This document shows, piece by piece, positions 20,363 to 31,348 of a stretch of DNA of 64,000 nt (position 1 is the first letter of the stretch; each line of letters opens with the position of its first letter). Under the pieces are notes generated by a model. The model saw only the letters and a list, made by a program, of their open reading frames with translations. It did not search any database and was not told the DNA's origin. The DNA is taken from positions 29,376 through 93,375 of the forward strand of contig CACOIH010000001.1 in NCBI GenBank assembly GCA_902627245.1. The letters are read 5' to 3'. A program made the translations under genes and the position numbers. Source of the stretch: an uncultured Alphaproteobacteria bacterium (lineage in GTDB: Bacteria > Pseudomonadota > Alphaproteobacteria > HIMB59 > GCA-002718135).

Positions 20363-22580
20363 GTCTTTTACCTGCATTGTTTGCTTCAGAAATTATTCCA
20401 TCTTCTTCCATTTTTTCAACAATTCTAGCAGCTCTATTATATCCAATTTGTAAATATCTTTGAATGTAACTAGTAGATACTTTTTGTTGTTTAATTATAA
20501 TCTCAACAGCTTTATTGTATAGCTCATCATTGTTATCAGCAATCAAATCACCAGTAGCATTATTTGATATATCTTTATCCTCCAAAGATATTTCTTTTTT
20601 ATAATCAAAAACCGCCTGCTCTTTTATTAGCTTAACTACTTTTTCAACTTCTGTTTCAGATACGAAACCACCGTGCAGTCTTTTAATATTGGCTCCATTT
20701 TCTAAAAACAACATGTCTCCACTACCAAGCAATTGTTCTGCTCCCATTTCATTAAGAATAGTCCTGCTGTCAAATTTACTAGCAACTTTGTAACTTATGC
20801 GACTGGGAAAATTTGCTTTTATTGTGCCAGTGATTACATCTACGCTTGGTCTTTGGGTTGCAGTAATTAAGTGTATTCCTGATGCCCTAGCCATTTGTGC
20901 AAGTCTTTGAACCAAAGTTTCAACCTCTTTACCAGCAACCATCATTAAATCAGCCATTTCATCTATAACAACAACTATAAAAGGCATTTTTTCCAATTTA
21001 ATTTCTTTTTTCTCAATAATTGGCATCCTTGAGTCTGAATCGATACCAGTTTGAACTTCTCTAAACAACTTCCTTCCTGAAGAAATAGTTCTCAATACTT
21101 TATTATTGTATGAACTAATATTTTTAACGTTTACTGAGCTCATTAATTTGTATCTATTTTCCATTTCTCTGACGACCCATTTTAATGCAAAAACAGCTTT
21201 TTTTGGATCTGTTACCACGGGAGTAAGTAGGTGAGGAATATCTTCATATATACTTAGTTCTAACATTTTAGGGTCAATTAATATTAACTTACATTCATTT
21301 GGTTTAAATTTATAAAGCAAACTCAATATCATTGTGTTTATACCAACTGATTTTCCAGAACCTGTTGTACCAGCAATGAGTAGATGTGGCATTTTTTCTA
21401 AATCAGTAAAAATTTTTTCTCCAGAAATATCTTTCCCCAATGCTAAGGTTAATGAATTACTGTTTTCATTGAATCTTTCATCTTGTACTAAATCACCAAA
21501 TAATACACCATCTCTTTTCTTGTTTGGAATTTCTATTCCTAAACTAGTCTTTCCAGGCTGAGAGGAAATTCTAGCTGATAGAGAAGACATAGCTCTTGCA
21601 ATATCCTCAGATAATCCAATAACTTTACTCGATTTTATGCCTGCGCTTGGAATGAATTCGAATAGCGTAACTATAGGACCTGAACTATATCCAATAACAT
21701 TGCCATCTACACCATATTCAGCAAGGGTTTTTTCAAGCCTAATAGCAGACTCGCTATTAATCTTATCAAGCTCTCTATTTATGCTAGTTTTATAAGAAGA
21801 TTTAATCAGCACATCTGTATTTGGTAGATTAAATCTAAATTGCTCAATTTCTAATTGTTTAAATTGTTTTTTCGTTGAATCTGATATTGCTTTTCTATTA
21901 AAAAAAATATTTTTTTTAATAGTGGGCTCATTTTTAATTTTATTATTTTTTTCATAAGGTTTTTTTTTATAAATTCTAATAATTAGAGGAACTATATTTA
22001 GATATTTAACAAACTTAAAATATTTTAAAAAACTGTAAGTAATTTTTAATGATTTAAACTTTATTGAAAATGATGTTATTATAAGAAATAATCCAGCAAC
22101 AAATAAAATTAAGTTAATTATATATATTAATACTTGATTTTCTATACCGTAAAGTAAATGTTTATTTAGTATTTCGGAAAAGAAAAAACCTGATAAGCCT
22201 GTATTTATATAACTGACCCCATAAGAATAAAAAAATATATTCACAATCAAACATCCAAATATATTTGAAATTAATCTCAAGATTAAAAATTTAGTTCTTA
22301 TGCCAAGTAAAGCTTTGACCCCTTCGCTTATTATAAAGAAAGCAAATATATATGAAATTCCACCAACTATTACCAAAGAATAACTTGAAATGTAAGAGCC
22401 ACTAACACCAAAATAATTTGTTATATCAGTATTTAAAACATTATCTGAATATATCGTGAAACCCGGATCATTCTCATTATATGAAAGTAAACTTAATAAA
22501 TAAATTATACCAAAAGATGATCCTAGGGCACCAAAAAGGAATTTTATTAGAAATAATTTAAAAGAACCATACTTGAACAT
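20343..22580 (-). CDS. ftsK: DNA translocase FtsK
   Basis: N-terminal TMs, AGTTGSGKS, IDEMADLM, QRPSVDVITG, gamma domain IGYNRAARI. Confidence 0.98.
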   Translation of the reverse strand: MFKYGSFKLFLIKFLFGALGSSFGIIYLLSLLSYNENDPGFTIYSDNVLNTDITNYFGVSGSYISSYSLVIVGGISYIFAFFIISEGVKALLGIRTKFLILRLISNIFGCLIVNIFFYSYGVSYINTGLSGFFFSEILNKHLLYGIENQVLIYIINLILFVAGLFLIITSFSIKFKSLKITYSFLKYFKFVKYLNIVPLIIRIYKKKPYEKNNKIKNEPTIKKNIFFNRKAISDSTKKQFKQLEIEQFRFNLPNTDVLIKSSYKTSINRELDKINSESAIRLEKTLAEYGVDGNVIGYSSGPIVTLFEFIPSAGIKSSKVIGLSEDIARAMSSLSARISSQPGKTSLGIEIPNKKRDGVLFGDLVQDERFNENSNSLTLALGKDISGEKIFTDLEKMPHLLIAGTTGSGKSVGINTMILSLLYKFKPNECKLILIDPKMLELSIYEDIPHLLTPVVTDPKKAVFALKWVVREMENRYKLMSSVNVKNISSYNNKVLRTISSGRKLFREVQTGIDSDSRMPIIEKKEIKLEKMPFIVVVIDEMADLMMVAGKEVETLVQRLAQMARASGIHLITATQRPSVDVITGTIKANFPSRISYKVASKFDSRTILNEMGAEQLLGSGDMLFLENGANIKRLHGGFVSETEVEKVVKLIKEQAVFDYKKEISLEDKDISNNATGDLIADNNDELYNKAVEIIIKQQKVSTSYIQRYLQIGYNRAARIVEKMEEDGIISEANNAGKRHVLKKI

Positions 22581-22627
22581 ATAGTAAGATTGTAATACAT
22601 TTAGATTATGGTAATTCGAAGAAAATT

Positions 22628-23809
22628 ATGAAGGAAATTCATTCAAATATTAATATAATTGGAGGAGGTCTAATAGGCGCTTCAGTTGCTTATTCATTAT
22701 CTCTGCTTGGTCTTAAAATAACTATTATTGAAAAAAATAAGCCTTATCAGTCTAAAAATCATGAAGATACCAGAACCATCGCAATATCAGAAGGCACCAA
22801 AAACTTTCTTGCTAAAATAGATCTTTGGCCCCAAATCGAAAAGTTTGCTCAACCAATAGAAAAAATAAAAATAATAGATAGAAAACCATCAAACGAACTT
22901 AAGTTTGACAACAAAAGAAGAGGCTCTAATCTTGGATATATCGTTAAAAACAAAGAGGTATTAAATGCATTATACAAAAAGTTAAGAGAGAGAAAAAACG
23001 TAAAAGTTTTTAATAATTCTTCTGTTAAAAGTTTTGAATTTGAAGATGATACGATATCTACTTTTTTAGATAATAAATCATTGAACTCTAGCTTGGTTAT
23101 TGCGGCCGATGGAAAAAATAGTTATGTAAGAAAAGTTTTCAAAACACCAACCTTTAAAAAAAATTATAAAAAATCAGCATTTGTTACTACTTTTACACAC
23201 TCAAAAAATCACAATAATACTGCTTATGAATTTTTTTATAAAGATGGCCCTCTTGCAATATTACCAATGCTAAATTTTAATAATGAATTTACAAGCTCAA
23301 TTATATGGACAAATAATAACGAATATTTAAATAACTTAGCAGAGATTGAAAATATTAAATTATCTCAAATTTTAAATAAGCAGACTCAAAAATCAGTAGG
23401 TACTATAAGTAAAATTTTAACTAAACAAATATTCCCTCTCACAGCACATCTTAATACTTCTTTTTATGAAAATAGAACTGTTTATGTTGGTGATTCAGCA
23501 CATTCCTTCCACCCAATTGCAGGTCAGGGATGGAATTTGGGAATGAGTGATGTAGAAAGTATTTATAATTTAGTCAAAAAATATAGATCTCTTGGAATAG
23601 AGGTTGGGGGCAATTCCTTCTGCGAAGAGTACCACAATAATAATTTTTATAATGCATATAGGTTATATCAAATAACAGATAAGTTAGATAACATATTTAA
23701 GAGTCAGAATATTTTATTTAGTTTGGGTAGGCGCTTGGGGCTAGGCTTCATTCAAAATAATAAAAAACTCAGCAACTTTATTAGTGATTTTGCTATGGGA
23801 ATTAATTGA
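22628..23809 (+). CDS. UbiH/UbiL-family FAD-dependent hydroxylase (ubiquinone synthesis)
   Basis: GGGLIG, AADG, GDSAHSFHPIAGQGWNLG. Confidence 0.9.
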   Translation: MKEIHSNINIIGGGLIGASVAYSLSLLGLKITIIEKNKPYQSKNHEDTRTIAISEGTKNFLAKIDLWPQIEKFAQPIEKIKIIDRKPSNELKFDNKRRGSNLGYIVKNKEVLNALYKKLRERKNVKVFNNSSVKSFEFEDDTISTFLDNKSLNSSLVIAADGKNSYVRKVFKTPTFKKNYKKSAFVTTFTHSKNHNNTAYEFFYKDGPLAILPMLNFNNEFTSSIIWTNNNEYLNNLAEIENIKLSQILNKQTQKSVGTISKILTKQIFPLTAHLNTSFYENRTVYVGDSAHSFHPIAGQGWNLGMSDVESIYNLVKKYRSLGIEVGGNSFCEEYHNNNFYNAYRLYQITDKLDNIFKSQNILFSLGRRLGLGFIQNNKKLSNFISDFAMGIN

Positions 23810-24395
23810 TTGTTGAGTTTAATAATTCTCCAGCTAACTCAAGCTCAAGTATTGACAGTAACTTTTTAAAAAAATCAAAAGAGTCTTCTGTTTCAAGTAG
23901 AGCCTGCTTATCAATATCTTTAAACGGCGAGACCATTGCAATAAATTTTATTATTTGATCAGTTTCAATATTCTCAATCTCTTGAAGATTCAGTTCAATT
24001 TTTTTTGCTTTCATATAATCCTTATATTTCTGCAGAATTATAGACTTTTCTTTATCTGAAAAAACGTATTCTTCTTTTTTATTTTCTAAAATATTAGCTT
24101 CAACTAATCTAAAACTATAAATTGGTTTAAGTTCACTTATAACTTTAAAGCATTTAGTGCCCTGTAAACTTATTAGATACCTCCCGTCCCCTGTTTCATT
24201 AAAGCTATGTATTTTTCCAACACAGCCAACTTCATAAAACATACCTTTTTCGTTAGTTTGTATCATTCCAATTAACCTATCCCTGGCTAATGAATAATTA
24301 ATCATTTCTATATATCTATTCTCAAATATATTTAAAGGCAGACTGGTTCCTGGGAACAAAACAGCACCATTTAGAGGAAATACAGCCAGCTCCAT
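23802..24395 (-). CDS. LON peptidase substrate-binding domain protein (probable start 24395)
   Basis: VFPLNGAVLFPG..LPLNIFENRY; GCVG. Confidence 0.9.
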   Translation of the reverse strand: MELAVFPLNGAVLFPGTSLPLNIFENRYIEMINYSLARDRLIGMIQTNEKGMFYEVGCVGKIHSFNETGDGRYLISLQGTKCFKVISELKPIYSFRLVEANILENKKEEYVFSDKEKSIILQKYKDYMKAKKIELNLQEIENIETDQIIKFIAMVSPFKDIDKQALLETEDSFDFFKKLLSILELELAGELLNSTIN

Positions 24396-24396
24396 C

Positions 24397-25263
24397 TTAT
24401 GAAAACATAATTTGTGAGAGTTTTTTTCTATAACTAACCGTATACTCATTAGAATTTCCTAAGACACCAAAGAAATCGACCATTTTATTTTTAATCTTAT
24501 CTTTATTTTTAGAGTAATTTTTGATTAGTATTTCCATTGCATTTACATAATCTTGTTGAGAAAAATATTTATCTGCAATTTCTATAATTAAATTTATATT
24601 ATTAGGTTGTTTATCTAACTTATTAATTAGTTCTTCGATATCAGGACCACTTAAATTATCTTTTACTATTTTTATTTTTTTCAAAATCTGTTTGATTTCA
24701 TCTTTATTTTGCATTTCATTTTCTAATGAATTAATAAAATTATCTGCTTCATCAAATTGTTTTAATTTTATTAAACATTCTAGGTAAAAAATTATCCCCC
24801 TAACTTCTTTAGGATTTGAGGCAATAAATTCTAATAAAGTTTCCACAACTTCTTTATGTTTGTTTTCTGCTAAACTAGTCTCAATTTGATCATAAAATTC
24901 TGTGAAATCTTCATTAATTTTTGAGCCTAGGCATTTTTCTATGAATTCAACTATTTGCTTTTCAGGAATAACACCTTGAAAAGCATTGAAAATTTGCTTG
25001 TTCTTAAATGCATAAACAGTTGGTATTGATTGTATTCTTAGTTGAGCAGCTATTTGCTGATTATCATCAATATTTATTTTAACTAACACAACTTTATTGT
25101 CTAAAGGTGCAATGATTTTTTCTAAAATCGGTGTTAATTGTTTGCAAGGCCCACACCAAGGCGCCCAAAAATCAACTATAACTAATTTATTTTCACTAGC
25201 TTCAATTACTTTTTCATTAAAATCTGCTTCTTCAACATCAATTATATTCTTAACCTCACTCAT
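24397..25263 (-). CDS. Thioredoxin-TPR chaperedoxin (CnoX/YbbN family)
   Basis: WAPWCGPC plus C-terminal TPR helices ending YRKKLSQIMFS. Confidence 0.92.
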   Translation of the reverse strand: MSEVKNIIDVEEADFNEKVIEASENKLVIVDFWAPWCGPCKQLTPILEKIIAPLDNKVVLVKINIDDNQQIAAQLRIQSIPTVYAFKNKQIFNAFQGVIPEKQIVEFIEKCLGSKINEDFTEFYDQIETSLAENKHKEVVETLLEFIASNPKEVRGIIFYLECLIKLKQFDEADNFINSLENEMQNKDEIKQILKKIKIVKDNLSGPDIEELINKLDKQPNNINLIIEIADKYFSQQDYVNAMEILIKNYSKNKDKIKNKMVDFFGVLGNSNEYTVSYRKKLSQIMFS

Positions 25264-25771
25264 AAACTTTAACTATACTATAGTTCTCTAATGAAAAAAT
25301 ATTGATTTTTTTTTTATTTTCAACAATTAAGCTGATTAATTCTTCAGTTTTAATAGATATGGTTGCTGTGTTAACAAGTGGATGAAAATTAATAACACTG
25401 TTTTTTGTAAGATTTTCGTCTAAATAAAAAGAAACTTTATTAGTTTCGTCATTCAGCAATGACAAAGCAGACACTGATCCTGGCTTTATTCCCAAATATT
25501 TTTGTAAATAAAACTCATTTGCAAAAGAAAGGTTTTTAGCACCAATTGACTTTGAAAAACGTTTTAAATCAATTTTTGCCTTTTCATCACAACTAAAAAG
25601 AAAAAACTCATCTTTTTTATTTTTGAGAAATAAGTTTTTTGTATGCGCGCCATCTATATTTCCTCTTAGTTTCTCAGAGTCCTCAACCGTATGTAGCGGT
25701 TTGTGATTGTGTATCTGAAAATCAATACCTTTATTTGTGAGTATTTGTAATAAATCTGATTTTGTAAGCAT
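25256..25771 (-). CDS. YbaK/ProX (PrdX) aminoacyl-tRNA deacylase
   Basis: HTKNLFLK, LSFA, LGIKPGSVS, NFHPLVN. Confidence 0.92.
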   Translation of the reverse strand: MLTKSDLLQILTNKGIDFQIHNHKPLHTVEDSEKLRGNIDGAHTKNLFLKNKKDEFFLFSCDEKAKIDLKRFSKSIGAKNLSFANEFYLQKYLGIKPGSVSALSLLNDETNKVSFYLDENLTKNSVINFHPLVNTATISIKTEELISLIVENKKKINIFSLENYSIVKVYE

Positions 25772-25828
25772 ATTTAATATTATATTTATTTAGAAATAGG
25801 GTATTTAAATAAAAAAAGTAAATTAACA

Positions 25829-27307
25829 ATGAATAAAAAAGCAATTGTAATTGGCAGTGGTTTTGGAGGCATAGCAATAAGCCTAAGACTAAAAAAACTT
25901 GGTTATGATACAACAATCATTGAAAAACTTGATAGCTTAGGCGGTAGAGCACGTGTATTTGAAGTAAACGGTTTTAGACACGATGCGGGGCCAACAGTAA
26001 TAACAGCCCCTTTTCTATTTGATGAATTATTTAATCTGTTTGGTAAAAAAAGAGAAGATTATTTAAATTTTGTTCCGCTTGAGCCTTGGTATAGGTATTA
26101 TTTTCATGACGGCAGAACTTTTGATTATTGTTCTACAATAGAAAAAACAAACGATCAAATAAGAAAATTTGATCAAAGAGATGTTAAAGGATATTCTAAA
26201 CTTTTACATCAGTCAAAAAAAATTTTTGATGTAGGTTTTACAAAACTAGCAGACAAGCCATTTATTTCATTTTTTAAAATGCTTGGAGTAATTCCTAATC
26301 TTATTATTCTAAAAAGCTATCTAACCGTATCACAAATAGTAAATAGCTATCTTAAAAATCCCTACCTTAGAAAAGCTTTTTCAATCCACCCTCTTTTGGT
26401 AGGAGGTGACCCTCATACAACAACATCAATATATGCTTTAATTCATTATCTTGAAAGAAAGTGGGGTGTATTTTTTTGTATGGGTGGAACTGGCAAAATT
26501 GTTACGGAGCTAAAAAAACTAATGATTGAAAGTGGAATTAAAATCAAAACTAAAACTGAGGCAAAAGAATTTGTGCTGAAAGATAATAAAATTACTAAAA
26601 TAATTACAAATAAAGGTGAAATTATAAACCCAGATCTTGTTGTGTGTAATGGTGATCCACCAATGATATATTCTAAACTATTAAAAAAATATAATTTAAG
26701 TAGGCCTGTTATCAAGGAGAAAAAACTATTGTACTCAATGGGCCTCTTTGTACTTTTTTTTGGGACTAAAAAACAATACAATAATGTTGCTCATCACACT
26801 ATTTGGATGACAGAAAGATTTAAATCATTGCTTAATGATATATTTAAAAATAAAATTTTATCAGAAGACTTCTCTCTATACATTCATCGCCCTACAGCTA
26901 CGGACAAGTCTTTTGCACCAGAAGGTTGTGATAGCTTTTATGTTTTATGTCCTGTGCCCAATCTTCAAGGTAATGTTAACTGGGATACAGAATCAGAACA
27001 TCTTAAAAATAAAATAGTTAAAGAGCTCTCAAGAACAATTATGCCTGATTTAGAAGAAACTATAACTGATGTATTTTGGATGAATCCTAATGATTTTAAA
27101 AATGATTATAATTCCATGCATGGAGCCGGATTTTCAATTGCTCCAATATTTACACAATCTGCATGGTTTAGATACCACAACAAAGATAAAAAAATTAAAA
27201 ACCTTTACTTTTCTGCTGCAGGATCCCACCCTGGAGCTGGAATACCCGGAGTTCTTTCATCTGCTAAAGTTGTAGAAAATATTATTAAAGCAGAATTAAA
27301 TCATTAA
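25829..27307 (+). CDS. crtI: Phytoene desaturase
   Basis: GSGFGG, DAGPTVIT, HPLLVGG, HPGAGIPGV. Confidence 0.96.
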   Translation: MNKKAIVIGSGFGGIAISLRLKKLGYDTTIIEKLDSLGGRARVFEVNGFRHDAGPTVITAPFLFDELFNLFGKKREDYLNFVPLEPWYRYYFHDGRTFDYCSTIEKTNDQIRKFDQRDVKGYSKLLHQSKKIFDVGFTKLADKPFISFFKMLGVIPNLIILKSYLTVSQIVNSYLKNPYLRKAFSIHPLLVGGDPHTTTSIYALIHYLERKWGVFFCMGGTGKIVTELKKLMIESGIKIKTKTEAKEFVLKDNKITKIITNKGEIINPDLVVCNGDPPMIYSKLLKKYNLSRPVIKEKKLLYSMGLFVLFFGTKKQYNNVAHHTIWMTERFKSLLNDIFKNKILSEDFSLYIHRPTATDKSFAPEGCDSFYVLCPVPNLQGNVNWDTESEHLKNKIVKELSRTIMPDLEETITDVFWMNPNDFKNDYNSMHGAGFSIAPIFTQSAWFRYHNKDKKIKNLYFSAAGSHPGAGIPGVLSSAKVVENIIKAELNH

Positions 27308-28185
27308 TGAAGAATCTTGAGCTCAATTCAACTATAGACCTTAAAAGGGATGGAAAAAGTTTTTATTGGGCAAGTTTTTTTTTACCCAAAAATTCAAGGA
27401 ATAATGCAGGTATATTATATTCAATCTGCAGATATTTTGATGATATTGCTGATAAAAATAATGAGGATAAAACTAAATATTTAGAGGATGTTATTAAAGA
27501 AATTAAGATAAACAAGAGTAATAAAGTTAATATTTTTTTAAAAAATAACAAAATTCACCAAGCAATATTTATTGATCTAATTAAAGGGTTAATTATCGAT
27601 CAAACAAATACTAAAATTCAAAACAAAGAAGATCTTATTAAGTACTCTTATCATGTAGCTGGAACAGTAGGATTGATGATGTCAAAAATAATAGGAGTAA
27701 AACATGACATGGCAGCACGTTCTGCAATAGATTTAGGTATAGGTATGCAATTAACTAATATTGCCCGAGATGTTTATGAGGATGCAAAAATGAAAAGAAT
27801 TTACTTACCTGCTAATTGGATTCCAAATATAAGTTTGAGCGATCTAAATGCCTTAAGTGAATCCAATTTAGAGCAAGATAAAAAAATATCAAATGCAATT
27901 CATGATATCATTTCTTTATCTGAAAAGTTTTATAAAAACGGTTTTGCTGGTTTAAAATACATCCCCTTATCTGCTAGACTAGCAATATTTATTGCTGCTA
28001 ATGTTTATAGGGGTATTGGCATTAAAATAAAAAAAAATAAAAAATATATTAAAAAAAGAGTATATTTGAATCTATTTGAAAAAATATTAATAACAATGAG
28101 ATCAATCCTATTTTTTATTCTTATTCCATTTATTAATTATCAATATCAAAAAATAAGAAATGGTTTACCAAATGAAAATTTATAA
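27307..28185 (+). CDS. crtB: Phytoene synthase
   Basis: GKSFYWAS, DDIAD, VAGTVG, QLTNIARDVYED, RIYLP. Confidence 0.95.
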   Translation: MKNLELNSTIDLKRDGKSFYWASFFLPKNSRNNAGILYSICRYFDDIADKNNEDKTKYLEDVIKEIKINKSNKVNIFLKNNKIHQAIFIDLIKGLIIDQTNTKIQNKEDLIKYSYHVAGTVGLMMSKIIGVKHDMAARSAIDLGIGMQLTNIARDVYEDAKMKRIYLPANWIPNISLSDLNALSESNLEQDKKISNAIHDIISLSEKFYKNGFAGLKYIPLSARLAIFIAANVYRGIGIKIKKNKKYIKKRVYLNLFEKILITMRSILFFILIPFINYQYQKIRNGLPNENL

Positions 28186-29254
28186 GGCAGCTATAATTGG
28201 TTTAGGTGCTAGCGGTTTAGCTGTAAACAAAATTATTTATGGGGAAACTTTTAATGAAATTATAGCTTTTGAAAATAAAGAAGTAAATAGCCGAGATAAT
28301 TTTTTTGGTTTTTGGCTTGCAGATTGGATGAAGCCCTTTGAAGAAATTATTGAAAAAAAATGGAACAAGTGGACTATTGGAAATTCAAACATTAACGTAA
28401 CTCATATAAGTAATGAAAAACCATACTGCGTAATCAGCTTCAAGAAATGGAAAGAATATTGCTTAGAAACAAATAATAAATTAGAGATAGTAAATGAGCA
28501 AGTCATTCAATACCTTCCAGTAAAAAATTATTTTAAAATAATTACCGCAGATAAAAAAGAATATTATGCAGAAAAAATATATGACTCCAGGTCAATTGAA
28601 GAGAAAAAAGGTGAATTAAAACAGCATTTCTTAGGGATTAATATTGACGTTGCTGACAATACATTTGATGAACAAAAATTAACCTTAATGCACTTTACAC
28701 AGGAAGATAATCTTTTACATTTTATATACATTCTGCCTTTTAAGCATAACAAAGCTCTTGTTGAGTCTACAGTTTTTTCAAAAGAAATTTTTGATGATTC
28801 TTGGTACAGGCAAAAGATAATAAACTACTTAATGTTAAATAACATAAACAACTTTGAGGAACAAAGTATAGAAAAAGGAGTAATTCCAATGTTTTTTGTT
28901 GATGAGGAAAGATCTGAGAATTCTAATGTTTATAATATTGGCATTAGGGGAGGAGCATGTAAGCCATCTACAGGATACGCCTTTTCTTTTTTTATAAAGC
29001 AAATTCAATATCTAAAAGACTCCAATAAAAATTTTGTAAATGTTCATAACTATCTAGAAAAAAGAATGGATAAAATGTTTATTAATTTCTTAAAAAACAA
29101 TAATGAAAATGGAAATTCATTTATTAAGCTGGCCTCTAATTTAAATGGAAATGAATTCCAAAGCTTTATGATGGGTGAGTCTAACTTACTAACCAAGTTG
29201 AAAGTTATTAAAAGCATGCCAAAAATTGGGTTTATAAAAGAAATATTTAGTTAA
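28172..29254 (+). CDS. crtY: Lycopene beta-cyclase (probable start 28172)
   Basis: IIGLGASGL, F.YILPF, EKGVIPM, KPSTGYAF; between crtB and blh. Confidence 0.88.
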   Translation: MKIYKAAIIGLGASGLAVNKIIYGETFNEIIAFENKEVNSRDNFFGFWLADWMKPFEEIIEKKWNKWTIGNSNINVTHISNEKPYCVISFKKWKEYCLETNNKLEIVNEQVIQYLPVKNYFKIITADKKEYYAEKIYDSRSIEEKKGELKQHFLGINIDVADNTFDEQKLTLMHFTQEDNLLHFIYILPFKHNKALVESTVFSKEIFDDSWYRQKIINYLMLNNINNFEEQSIEKGVIPMFFVDEERSENSNVYNIGIRGGACKPSTGYAFSFFIKQIQYLKDSNKNFVNVHNYLEKRMDKMFINFLKNNNENGNSFIKLASNLNGNEFQSFMMGESNLLTKLKVIKSMPKIGFIKEIFS

Positions 29255-29255
29255 A

Positions 29256-30074
29256 ATGATAGCTGATCTTACAATCATAAATATAATCTCTTTTTTACTA
29301 ATTTTTTTTATTGGGCTTCCACATGGTTCATTTGATGGAGCAGTAGCTTCATTAGTAGGTTTTAGAAACAGAATTCAATTTATACAATTTCTTTTTTATT
29401 ACCTTGCCTTATTTTTTTTAGTAATTTTATTTTGGTTATATTTTCCAATAATATCTCTAATAATATTTATTTTGATGACTGTGGCTCATTTTGGTTTATG
29501 TGATTGGACAAATTTTAAAATAAATAAATACAAATATTCAGTAAGTTTTACTTACGGAATGACAATTATTTTTGGAATTATATTTTTTAATGAAAATCAA
29601 TCTTTTATGATATTTGAATATTTGACGAATGAAAAAATTTATAATTTTCAAAAATATTTTTTTATTCCATATGCTATTACATTTATTTCCATATTATATT
29701 TTATTTATTTATCTTTCTTTGAAACCAAATTACGTAAAGGAATTATTGAAATTTCGTTTCTTTTGTTAATCTTTTATATTTTTGATCCTCTCTTGAGCTT
29801 TACCATATATTTTTGTTTTTTTCATACTTATAAACACCTAAAGCATTTGATTAAAAATATTTATTTGAATCTGTCTAATAAAAAATTTGTGATTTATTCT
29901 ACGTTGGTATTTACTGTTATTTCATGGTTCGTTGGATTGGGAATTGTTTATTATTTAGTTCAAAACTATTCATTATATGAGTCAATATTAAAGGTGATTT
30001 TTATTGGACTTGCTGCATTAACTCTTCCTCACATGATACTGGTAGATTTTGTTTATAGAAGAAGATTTAAATAA
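29256..30074 (+). CDS. blh: Beta-carotene 15,15'-dioxygenase (Brp/Blh)
   Basis: GLPHGSFD, HFG, YFCFFH, LTLPHM (four His ligands), multiple TMs. Confidence 0.95.
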   Translation: MIADLTIINIISFLLIFFIGLPHGSFDGAVASLVGFRNRIQFIQFLFYYLALFFLVILFWLYFPIISLIIFILMTVAHFGLCDWTNFKINKYKYSVSFTYGMTIIFGIIFFNENQSFMIFEYLTNEKIYNFQKYFFIPYAITFISILYFIYLSFFETKLRKGIIEISFLLLIFYIFDPLLSFTIYFCFFHTYKHLKHLIKNIYLNLSNKKFVIYSTLVFTVISWFVGLGIVYYLVQNYSLYESILKVIFIGLAALTLPHMILVDFVYRRRFK

Positions 30075-30128
30075 ATCATTTTCTCATATATTGACTTATA
30101 ATTTCAAAATGGTAATTGTTTATTTTAA

Positions 30129-30203
30129 GCGGGCGTAGCTCAGGGGTAGAGCGCAACCTTGCCAAGGTTGAAGTCGAGGGTTCGAATCCCTTCGCCCGCT
30201 CCA
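30129..30203 (+). tRNA. tRNA-Gly (GCC)
   Basis: Acceptor stem GCGGGCG/CGCCCGC, anticodon GCC at 30161-30163, GTTCGAATC T-loop, encoded CCA. Confidence 0.98.
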
Positions 30204-30351
30204 AATTTTAATTCCATATCTAAATTTTAAGTTACACTTACAATATAGTTGCAAAATTTTCTTAATAATTTAAGCATTTAGTAAATCCTATTTATAATCT
30301 TTGTGTTTTTGTATTCAGTATTAGCGGATCAGGTATATACATAATCAAAAT

Positions 30352-31275
30352 ATGAAAAATAAAGTTGCCATTATTAACTTTTCAGATTTTAGACTAGGGG
30401 ATATTTTAATTAACAGAAACTTTTATAAATCTATCAGCGATTATCATAAGCAGGAAATAATAATATTTTCAAAAAATATATGCCCTATTAAAGAAGTATT
30501 AAAATTTGATAACCTTAAATTTATTTCATTAAAAAATGATTTTGGCAAAGGTTTTAATCAAATAAAAGATTATTTTAAGTTTATAAAACAAATAAGAGAT
30601 TATAATATTAAAACCATCTATGTTTTTGATGACAATCTAAGACCAATATTATTTTCTTTCTTTTCAAAAGTTGATTATTTGTATGGATTTGGCTTTGGAA
30701 TACAAAAATTTTTTTTGAATAATAGATTTTATTTGAAAAAAAGTTTGATTAAAAAAAACAAACATTTTATTTTAGAGGAATTTTTAAAATTACTTAATAT
30801 CCCACTTACAATCAGCACAATAAAAATTAATGAAAAAATTATCAAAAACAACAATAACGTTTTTATTAATTTAGATTCATCTTCTCAAACCAAAAATTGG
30901 GGTGATAAAAATTTTCTTTCTCTCATAATAAAAATAAATTCGATAAATAAAAAAATTTTTTTTATAAATTGTGTAAATTATAAAACAAACATATTTAAGA
31001 ATTTAAAAAAAGAAGGAATTTCTTTTAGAGATGTTTCAAATTTTTCAATTGGTGAATTATTTAAAATCATAAATAATTGTCAATTTTCTATTTCAAATGA
31101 TACAGGCCCTTCTCATATATCAATTTCGCTTGCAAAAAAAACTTTTATTATTTTTTTAAAAAGTAATAAATTTAGTTATAAATATTCAAATTACATGCAT
31201 CCTATTTTAATAGATAAAAATCAAGATCAAGTTCAAAGTGTATTAAATAATATAAAAGAACATATAAGTATTTAA
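30352..31275 (+). CDS. Glycosyltransferase family 9 (heptosyltransferase-like)
   Basis: RLGDIL, TKNWG, SNDTGPSHI. Confidence 0.85.
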   Translation: MKNKVAIINFSDFRLGDILINRNFYKSISDYHKQEIIIFSKNICPIKEVLKFDNLKFISLKNDFGKGFNQIKDYFKFIKQIRDYNIKTIYVFDDNLRPILFSFFSKVDYLYGFGFGIQKFFLNNRFYLKKSLIKKNKHFILEEFLKLLNIPLTISTIKINEKIIKNNNNVFINLDSSSQTKNWGDKNFLSLIIKINSINKKIFFINCVNYKTNIFKNLKKEGISFRDVSNFSIGELFKIINNCQFSISNDTGPSHISISLAKKTFIIFLKSNKFSYKYSNYMHPILIDKNQDQVQSVLNNIKEHISI

Positions 31276-31348
31276 CTAACTCAGACTAAGTAAGTTTATT
31301 GTAATAATTAATTTTACCATAAAAAGTATAATCTTAATTAAACTTAAC

